Below, piece after piece: positions 57,413-64,000 of a stretch of DNA of 64,000 nucleotides (position 1 is the first letter of the stretch; the number at the start of each line of letters is the position of its first letter). The position numbers were made by a program, and so were the translations under genes. Source of the stretch: an uncultured Candidatus Saccharibacteria bacterium (GTDB taxonomy: Bacteria > Patescibacteriota > Minisyncoccia > Phycocordibacterales > UBA6899). Location: contig CAZERF010000001.1 of assembly GCA_964515375.1 (NCBI GenBank), positions 45,777 through 109,776 on the forward strand, in the 5' to 3' direction. A model generated the notes under the pieces. The model was not told where the DNA came from and made no database searches. It saw only the letters and a program-made list of their open reading frames with translations.

Positions 57413-58149
57413 TATTTCCTCCGATCACGAAGAGCGCGAATGCCGTTCTTAACGGCTTGTGCGCCGTAGAGTTCGACATCAACACCACTCCCCATAACCT
57501 TTGCGAAAAGGTAACCGAGCGGTCCAACTTTCATGACTTCCCGTTCGTGCGGAAGAGAATTCAGTATCTTCTCCGCTATTGCGTCGGGTGTGAGCCCGGT
57601 CTTTTTCTGGTACTCTTTCCACTCCTTGACGAGGCGATCTTTTGCCGTGTCTTCGATAAGTCCTCGTGTATGGAGGAGCTCGATCGTTTGCTCGGGTGTG
57701 AGGTCGCTACTTGATGTAATGTCCTTCACAAACACGACCGCCGGATTGTCCTCCGAAAGAGGAGAACGTCCTGTGGTGTGCTCTTCTTTTCCATCTGAGC
57801 CCTTCGAAGAGACTTTCGTCTCTCTCTGGTACTTGTGGGCCCACAGAGCAAGGAGGGCACTAAAGAAACGTTTCTCATTGCGATCCATGGTACCCATGAT
57901 CGCATCAAAGCGCTTCTGCTCCTCTTTGCTCAAAAAGTGATAGATCTCGCCGACGATGATGTTGTCGGCCTTGGACTTCCCGTCGTCCCTTGGCATGAAG
58001 CGTTCGAGCGCTTCAGTCAGCCCTTTCTTTGCGGCACCGCCCGCAGCGGCGACACCAGCCGGGTTTTGGTTCATGCTCTTGAAGAGTAGACCCAGAACGC
58101 CAGCACCTGTTGCGATGTCAGTGATCACTTCACCAAATGACCATCCCAT
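57412..58149 (-). CDS. Hypothetical protein
   Basis: The 245-aa ORF has an N-terminal hydrophobic segment. It is likely translationally coupled with the upstream gene through a 1-nt overlap. Confidence 0.5.
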   Translation of the reverse strand: MGWSFGEVITDIATGAGVLGLLFKSMNQNPAGVAAAGGAAKKGLTEALERFMPRDDGKSKADNIIVGEIYHFLSKEEQKRFDAIMGTMDRNEKRFFSALLALWAHKYQRETKVSSKGSDGKEEHTTGRSPLSEDNPAVVFVKDITSSSDLTPEQTIELLHTRGLIEDTAKDRLVKEWKEYQKKTGLTPDAIAEKILNSLPHEREVMKVGPLGYLFAKVMGSGVDVELYGAQAVKNGIRALRDRRK

Positions 58150-58397
58150 GATCTTTCTCCTTGCAATTGATTGTCAACGATTTTGACCTGGTACCATTGT
58201 AGCATAAAACAACATGAAAGTCAAGTTTTTGGGCACCAAAAATACATTATGAAATAAGGATTTTTTACCAAAAGTAGCAATATTTCAAGCTGGCACAGAA
58301 TCTATCAAAACACCCGAAATGTTTGCTTGCGGTCTATCAGACCCTCTTTTCTCGAGTGAGGCGCTCACGCTCGCTCACTTCGTTGCATTGTTTTACT

Positions 58398-58482
58398 TGG
58401 TGCCCAGGACTGGACTTGAACCAGCACGCCTTTCGGCATCAGCTCCTAAGGCTGACGTGTCTACCAATTTCACCACCTGGGC
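58398..58482 (-). tRNA. tRNA-Leu (anticodon TAG), type II
   Basis: Minus-strand fold. The acceptor stem is GCCCAGG/CCTGGGC. The anticodon stem is TCAGC/GCTGA with loop CTTAGGA. There is a long variable arm. The T arm is GCTGG-TTCAAGT-CCAGT. CCA is encoded. Confidence 0.85.
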
Positions 58483-58743
58483 AATAGCTGCATGGTACCC
58501 GATTGCGCGCAAAAATGGAACAGGGAATCGTCGTTTGAGGTGAGGTGAGGTGCAGGAGGGTGTGTTTCCCGTTCCGGAATCTCTTTGCTCATTCTGTGAA
58601 TTTTCGCGATCACCACAAGAGTACTTCCATTTTTCTAAGCACGCAGACGTGCAAAGAAAAATTGGTCGCCGCGTATCCTACATGGAAGCACGCAGGTGCT
58701 TCCTCGGGTGCACAAACAAAAAACCGCAGAGCGGTTTTTCTTG

Positions 58744-58816
58744 TGCCCCCGGTAGGATTCGAACCTACGACCGTCTCGTTAAGAGCGAGCTGCTCTACCA
58801 ACTGAGCTACGAGGGC
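58744..58816 (-). tRNA. tRNA-Lys (anticodon CTT)
   Basis: The acceptor stem is GCCCTCG/CGGGGGC. The anticodon loop is CTCTTAA. The T arm is GTAGG-TTCGAAT-CCTAC. A hairpin plus T-run sits downstream at 58720-58738. Confidence 0.85.
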
Positions 58817-58864
58817 AATTTCTGAACCATGCCATTCTAACAAATCAATATTGAAATGCAAGAG

Positions 58865-58945
58865 TGCCCGGGGCCGGACTCGAACCGGCAAGCCTTGCGG
58901 CGGGAGATTTTAAGTCTCCTGTGTTTACCATTTCACCACTCGGGC
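58865..58945 (-). tRNA. tRNA-Leu (anticodon TAA), type II
   Basis: The acceptor stem is GCCCGAG/CCCGGGC with one mismatch. The anticodon stem is GGAGA/TCTCC with loop CTTAAAA. The T arm is GCCGG-TTCGAGT-CCGGC. Confidence 0.75.
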
Positions 58946-59089
58946 GCACACGTTCTTCCCATCATTGCCGTGCTCTGAAGACGGGCGAGAATCTTGACTG
59001 CCGTTGCGAGAAGTCTTCGAGCATGGAGACTCAGCAACGAAAGCACGCTTGATCCTCATTGGAATTGAAGCGGTTCAGTTCCTCCCGTG

Positions 59090-59161
59090 AGGCACGGGCG
59101 GGAATCGAACCCGCGCATGTCGGTTTTGCAGACCGAAGCGTTACCACTTCGCCACCGTGCC
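59090..59161 (-). tRNA. tRNA-Cys (anticodon GCA)
   Basis: The acceptor stem is GGCACGG/CCGTGCC with discriminator U. The anticodon stem is TCGGT/ACCGA with loop CTGCAAA. The T arm is GCGGG-TTCGATT-CCCGC. Confidence 0.85.
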
Positions 59162-59261
59162 ATTGGTCACTTGAATTACCGAGTCTGCCTCTTCTACACG
59201 AAGCGTTCCGGTTTGTGTAGGGGAAATGTATTCCGCTACAGCAAGCACTATAGCAGTTTCC

Positions 59262-59585
59262 TTACTTTGTTTCCAGTAGTTCGTCGATGCGTTGGCGATT
59301 GTGTTCGCCGATATCCGCCGCAAAGGTCACATGCGGGAGAAAATGCATCTTGCTTTTTTTCTTTATGTGATCCATGAATTCCGCGCGATGACGATTGGCA
59401 AAGTCGACGGCACCATGTTCCTTGTCTCTCGGCATGACAGAAAGCAGTATCTTCACGCTCTTGCGATCCGTAGAGATCTCAACATTGGTCACAGTGAGAA
59501 GCGCCGCGCGTGTGGATTCGCGGTTCAGAAATCCCGCGGCAAGTTCGCGGATACGCTCTTTCATTCGTTCGTCTTTTACGTTCAT
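59262..59585 (-). CDS. rbfA: Ribosome-binding factor A
   Basis: The 107-aa ORF has a KH-like RbfA pattern (LLTVTNVEISTDRKSVKILLSV...HFLPHVTFAAD). It lies immediately downstream of infB. Confidence 0.85.
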   Translation of the reverse strand: MNVKDERMKERIRELAAGFLNRESTRAALLTVTNVEISTDRKSVKILLSVMPRDKEHGAVDFANRHRAEFMDHIKKKSKMHFLPHVTFAADIGEHNRQRIDELLETK

Positions 59586-59590
59586 GATCG

Positions 59591-61135
59591 TTACTGCTTT
59601 TCCACTGTGATGTAAGGGATGAGTACATCACGTTCGGCGATGGTGAATTTCGACTCGACCATCATGCCACATTCCGCGCCTTCGCCGATCTCTGCCGCGC
59701 GGATCTTTTGTTGTTGAAGTTCGATAACGCGACCTTCGCCGATCTCGGCATCTCGACGCATGATCTTGAAGCGTGCACCGCTCGCGATCTTGCCATTCTC
59801 CACGCGTCCTCCGATGACCTGCTTTTCTTTTTGTTGGCTAAAGAAGCGCATGACACGTACTTCGCCTAAGTTTTCGTTCACTTCGATATGCGGAGCGCGC
59901 TCTTTGATGATCTTTTCGATCCACTCCGTGAGTTTGTAGATGATATTGAATTGCGCGATGGTGATGTTGTTGCGTGAGGCAAGGTCGGCGGCAAGTGCGT
60001 CGGCTTTTGTGTTGAAGCCGATCACAAGTGTGTCAGAAGAACCGCACGCGAGTTTGATGTCACTTTCGCCGATCGTCCCGACGCCCTTTTGGATGATCTT
60101 TAGTTTGACTCGTTCGTGTTTGAGTTTTTTGAGTTCATGTTCGATCGCTTCAAGAGTGCCGGCAACATCGGTCTTTATAACCATGGGAATGGTCACAATA
60201 CCGTCTTTTTCTCGTTCGTGCGTGACCTGTTGGATAGGGGCGCGTTTGTAGGCAAGGACCGCCTCTTCCGCGCCTTTTTTATCTTTGTAGGCACGCACTT
60301 GCGCGCCGACGGGAGGTATCTCGGTCCAGCCCGTGAGACGGATCGGTGAGGAGAATGAGGCGCTGTCGATCGGCTTGCCCATGAAGTTCTCGACGATGCG
60401 TACGGGGGTCATCGCCCCCTCGGCGACCGCAAACATTCCTTTTGCGATCGTTCCGTTGAGAATAACAACGGTCGCGGTAATTCCTTTTTTGGTATCCATG
60501 CGGGACTCAATGACCACGCCTTCTCCAGGTAATGTGGCGTCTCCGTGGAGCTCTTCCATCTCAGCAAGAAGAAGCATGGTGTCCATAAGTTCGGGGATAC
60601 CGGTTCCTATCTTTGCGGAAATGCCGACCCATGAAATATCCCCGCCGTATCCTTCGACGTAGATACCCGCTTCGGCGAGTGAGAGTTTGGTTTGTTCGAT
60701 GTTGGCGTTTGGTTTATCGATCTTGTTGATCGCGACAAGGAAGGGGACACCGGACTCTTTGATGGCATTGTACGCTTCCAGTGTTTGAGCCTTTACTCCG
60801 TCTTCCGCCGAGACAACGAGTACCGCGATATCAGCAACGCCCGCACCGCGTGCACGCATTCCTTGAAATGCTTCGTGTCCGGGTGTATCGAGAAAGGTGA
60901 TCCGCTTCTCCTTTCCCTCCGCGGTTTTGTGGGTGACTTCGTAGGCAGAAATGTGTTGTGTGATCCCTCCCGCTTCCGTGTCAACGATGTTGGTTTTGCG
61001 GATATAGTCAAGAAGCGTCGATTTTCCGTGGTCGACATGTCCCATGATAACGACAATAGGAGCCCGCTCACTCAGTTGTTGGGTGATCTTTTCTGGCATA
61101 GAGGTTGATAGGTCGGATACTACCACAACTTTCAA
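59591..61135 (-). CDS. infB: Translation initiation factor IF-2 (short form lacking N-terminal domains)
   Basis: The G-domain has VVIMGHVDHGKSTLLD, DTPGHEAF and NKID. IF2 C-terminal domains are present. Length is 514 aa. Confidence 0.95.
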   Translation of the reverse strand: MKVVVVSDLSTSMPEKITQQLSERAPIVVIMGHVDHGKSTLLDYIRKTNIVDTEAGGITQHISAYEVTHKTAEGKEKRITFLDTPGHEAFQGMRARGAGVADIAVLVVSAEDGVKAQTLEAYNAIKESGVPFLVAINKIDKPNANIEQTKLSLAEAGIYVEGYGGDISWVGISAKIGTGIPELMDTMLLLAEMEELHGDATLPGEGVVIESRMDTKKGITATVVILNGTIAKGMFAVAEGAMTPVRIVENFMGKPIDSASFSSPIRLTGWTEIPPVGAQVRAYKDKKGAEEAVLAYKRAPIQQVTHEREKDGIVTIPMVIKTDVAGTLEAIEHELKKLKHERVKLKIIQKGVGTIGESDIKLACGSSDTLVIGFNTKADALAADLASRNNITIAQFNIIYKLTEWIEKIIKERAPHIEVNENLGEVRVMRFFSQQKEKQVIGGRVENGKIASGARFKIMRRDAEIGEGRVIELQQQKIRAAEIGEGAECGMMVESKFTIAERDVLIPYITVEKQ

Positions 61136-61183
61136 AAAATGCCAACCTTGCGAATCGCGAAAGGAGCGGGGTGAACGAGGAGT

Positions 61184-61627
61184 TTAGCGGAGCACCTCTT
61201 GTTCCTCGTCGGTGAGTTCGAACTCTGAGGTACGATGTTTGACCGGCTTCGCAAAGATGCTGACCTTCTCGCGTGAGTAGAGGGTCGAGAGGACCACGCC
61301 GTCTCCTGTTTCATCGAGGAGTGCGGTCGCGAAGCTTTGGTTGCCGCCGGTGCCTGTTCCTGCAAAGGGGTTAAAGCGTTTTGTGCGGGCGGTCTCCATC
61401 TTCCTTTTGATGCGCGCGTCAAGTTTGGCGAGCTCGCCCTCGATCACGGCGCGAGAATGAAAAAGTTCCTCAAGCGATTCCGCGTGGCGCGCGATGACCT
61501 CTTCGAGTGATGCCCCGGACTTTCCCGAGAGAAGCTTTGTGATACGACGTTCAAGCGTGATCACCCAGACAACAAGGAGGACAACTGCCACACCCATAAG
61601 GATGATGCTAATGATGAATGGATCCAT
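61184..61627 (-). CDS. Hypothetical membrane protein (DUF4446-like)
   Basis: There is an N-terminal TM helix. ...RFNPFAGTGTGGNQSFATALLDETGDGVVLSTLYSRE resembles the DUF4446 conserved block. Confidence 0.45.
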   Translation of the reverse strand: MDPFIISIILMGVAVVLLVVWVITLERRITKLLSGKSGASLEEVIARHAESLEELFHSRAVIEGELAKLDARIKRKMETARTKRFNPFAGTGTGGNQSFATALLDETGDGVVLSTLYSREKVSIFAKPVKHRTSEFELTDEEQEVLR

Positions 61628-61684
61628 ATCGATATACTAACGCAGCTTGCGTCTTTTGCAAAATACCCGTTAGACTGTGGATAT

Positions 61685-62905
61685 ATGCATAAACGTGTCT
61701 ATCTTGACCATGCCGCCGCAACCCCGGTCGACCCGGGCGTGCTTCGCGCAATGGAGCCGTATTGGACGCTGTGTGCGGGTAATCCCAGTGCGGTACACGC
61801 GGAAGGAGTTGCCGCGCAAAAGGCCGTTGCGTCGTCACGTGCTCGGATCGCGACACTTCTCGGCGCGCGCCCCGACGAGATCATCTTTACCTCGGGTGCG
61901 ACCGAGTCGGCCAACCTCGCGCTTGTGGGAGCTGTTCGTGCTTGGCGTGTCGCACATCCCAACCGCACGCCGCATCTTGTCATCTCTGCGATCGAGCATG
62001 CGGCAGTCATCGAGGCGGCGGAGATGCTTCGTGCAAAGGGTGCTCGTGTCGATATTCTTCCGTGCAATGCAGAAGGTGTGGTTTCTCCGGAAATGCTCGC
62101 CCCTCTTCTTTCGGTCGACACGGTGCTTGTTTCGGTCATGCTCGCGAACAATGAGATAGGAACGATACAGCCTCTCGCGCAGTATGCCAAGGTGATCCGA
62201 AAATGGAAAAGGGATATCCGGCAGGTAACGCGTGATATGCGTGCACGTGACGACGATCGGTACCCGCTTCTCCATTCAGACGCGACACAGGCGATGAACT
62301 ATCTTCCCGTCGAGATTCCTTCGCTTGGAGTAGACATGCTCACGTGGAACGCCGCAAAGATCTATGGGCCGAAGGGCATCGGCGCGCTTTTTGTCGCGCG
62401 AGGGACACCGCTCACCCCGCTCATTGTCGGAGGCGGTCACGAACGCGGAGTGCGTGCCGGCACCGAGAATGTTCCCGGTATTGTCGGGTTTGCCGAGGCA
62501 CTTGCGCAGGCGGTGGACATGCGTGATGGGGAAGCGGAACGTTTGCGCGAGTTGCGGGATGAATTTTTGCGCGAGTTGCAGGCTCGTTTTTCCGACATGA
62601 TCGTGAACGGAACTACCCGTGAACGTTTGCCGAACAATATCAATATCTCATTTCCCGATATCGATCATGAATTCCTCGTTCTCGCTCTTGATGCGCGCGG
62701 ATTTGCCGTCTCCGCGAAGAGTGCGTGCGGGGAGCAAGAGTTTGATGTTTCACATGTGCTTGTGGCGCTTCGTGAAGCGGAGCAGTCCGACGCTCCTCGG
62801 AGTGGTTTGCGGATCACACTCGGTCGAGGAAGCGATCGCCATGTCATCCCCCCTTTTGTTGAGGCGCTTGTCGAGATCCGCGCGACAATGTCCTTTGTCG
62901 CGTGA
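61685..62905 (+). CDS. Cysteine desulfurase (NifS/IscS family, class V aminotransferase)
   Basis: VYLDHAAATP N-terminus. SGATESANLAL is present. The PLP-lysine region is SADAHK-like HSDATQAMNYLP. The active-site Cys is near SAKSACGEQE. Confidence 0.9.
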   Translation: MHKRVYLDHAAATPVDPGVLRAMEPYWTLCAGNPSAVHAEGVAAQKAVASSRARIATLLGARPDEIIFTSGATESANLALVGAVRAWRVAHPNRTPHLVISAIEHAAVIEAAEMLRAKGARVDILPCNAEGVVSPEMLAPLLSVDTVLVSVMLANNEIGTIQPLAQYAKVIRKWKRDIRQVTRDMRARDDDRYPLLHSDATQAMNYLPVEIPSLGVDMLTWNAAKIYGPKGIGALFVARGTPLTPLIVGGGHERGVRAGTENVPGIVGFAEALAQAVDMRDGEAERLRELRDEFLRELQARFSDMIVNGTTRERLPNNINISFPDIDHEFLVLALDARGFAVSAKSACGEQEFDVSHVLVALREAEQSDAPRSGLRITLGRGSDRHVIPPFVEALVEIRATMSFVA

Positions 62906-62961
62906 GATGGTATACTCAAGTGGTGCGTGGAGGTCATTAGTTTTTCAATTTTTCAACACAT

Positions 62962-63555
62962 ATGTTTACCGCAAAGAATTTTGGGCATTTGCTCGGCACT
63001 CCCGGTATGAGTGCGGCGCTCTTGAATAATCACTTCACACTGTATGAGGGGTATGTCAAGAACGCGAGCGCGCTTCACGTGCGACTTCGGGAGCTCATTG
63101 CAGGAGATGGGCCAACGGGGGTCGAGTACAACGAGCTCAAGCGTCGTTTTGGGTGGGAGTACAACGGTATGCGTTTGCATGAGTTGTATTTTGGCAACAT
63201 GAAGAATGGGGGAACGCCCCATGACACCGACTCCCTCTTGTGCACGAAGATGAAAGAGGTATGGGGTTCGTGTGACGCATGGGCAAAGGACTTTCGTGCT
63301 ACTGCGGCGATGCGTGGGATCGGGTGGGTCATTCTTGCTTACGACAAGGAAACCGACACGCTCTTCAACGTGTGGATCAACGAACACGATGTCGGGCATT
63401 TGGTGGACGCGGCTCCGATTCTTGTGATGGACGTGTTTGAGCATGCGTTCATGCTTGATTACGGTCTAAAGCGCGCGGATTATATTGACGCATTTTGGAA
63501 GGCGGTTGATTGGCAGGTGGTCATGGAGCGCTTTGTGGTCGCGAAGGGGAAGTAG
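62962..63555 (+). CDS. Fe/Mn superoxide dismutase family protein
   Basis: The C-terminal signature DVFEHAFMLDYGLKRADYIDAFWKAVDW matches D-x-W-E-H-[AS]-Y-Y-L-x-Y-x-N-x-R-x-x-Y. WVILAYD resembles the GSGWxWL block. Confidence 0.8.
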   Translation: MFTAKNFGHLLGTPGMSAALLNNHFTLYEGYVKNASALHVRLRELIAGDGPTGVEYNELKRRFGWEYNGMRLHELYFGNMKNGGTPHDTDSLLCTKMKEVWGSCDAWAKDFRATAAMRGIGWVILAYDKETDTLFNVWINEHDVGHLVDAAPILVMDVFEHAFMLDYGLKRADYIDAFWKAVDWQVVMERFVVAKGK

Positions 63556-63818
63556 TTAAGGAGGCTTCATTAATACAAAGCGGAGAGTGCGTTTGTCTTA
63601 GCGTTACGCAATGATCGTTGATCGTTACGAAATGTTATTGTTTCGTGCGAAAACTTTTTCTGAAACAAGGCGTGTAAGGTATATGCTACGCTCTCGTTTT
63701 GGAAAAATATTTTGTAGCCAAAACCACAAGATCGCAGTAGGTCAGGGATGATTGAACAGACTCTCGTGAGGCAATGCACTTTCTCTTCGCGCGAATGTCG
63801 TGATAGAATGGATGTGTC

Positions 63819-64000
63819 TATGGAAGAACTCAATAATCGACAGATGGTTTTGTTGACCATGTTCACCTCGTTTGTTGTGTCGATCGCGACCGGCATCATT
63901 ACTGTCGCCATGCTCGAAGAGGCGCCGCCGACGATCACGCAAACCGTCAATCGTGTAGTTGAACACACTATTGAGCGGGTTGTTACAGGAACGACCACCG
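63819..64000 (+). CDS. Hypothetical membrane protein (partial; runs off the window)
   Basis: The ATG at 63819 begins [32 protein letters not shown]..., with a TM helix. There is no stop within the window. Confidence 0.4.

Noticed and set aside
58319-59377. ORFs 58319-58543, 58545-58891, 58864-59052 and 59087-59377
   Set aside because: They cover the tRNA-Leu/Lys/Leu/Cys cluster on the opposite strand. No RBS or coding signal was found.

Overview
This 64 kb window looks like a chromosomal fragment from a small-genome bacterium, GC about 55%. Its features (truncated housekeeping proteins, fused genes, many GT-C glycosyltransferases, many small membrane proteins) fit a Patescibacteria/CPR-like organism, but that is an inference. 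The housekeeping backbone is dense: partial thyA, rnpB (RNase P RNA), murJ, lepA, valS, tsaD, trxB, ftsZ, ftsA, ybeY, rpsU, hisS, lepB, an S1-domain protein, gyrA, rbfA, infB, a cysteine desulfurase and an Fe/Mn SOD. Eleven tRNA genes are present, and four tRNA loci (Arg, Phe, Glu/Ser, Val) are followed or preceded by degenerate partial copies of the tRNA, which looks like old integration scars.

The most unusual region is 9.65-14.5 kb. It has a tRNA-Arg preceded by a 73-bp direct repeat and a pseudo-tRNA, then a large serine recombinase gene flanked by 131-bp inverted repeats, then an AT-rich cargo (XRE regulator plus a membrane-anchored protein) flanked by a second, nested pair of 241-bp inverted repeats, and it ends at tRNA-Phe with a scrambled tRNA-derived tail.

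Other notable items are:
- a giant (~1530 aa) cell-surface protein gene interrupted by a +1 frameshift in a G4 run inside its vWA domain;
- an 11-mer palindromic operator-like motif (ATAAAGGACAT) in two divergent promoter regions;
- a tandem array of eight small VirB2/TrbC-pilin-like paralogs next to a large polytopic membrane protein;
- a GT39 / GT2-Pth fusion / GT39 glycosylation cluster;
- two 199-bp tandem repeats that contain tRNA-Val 3'-end fragments in both orientations.

Many six-frame ORFs are antisense artefacts of high-GC coding regions and were rejected.
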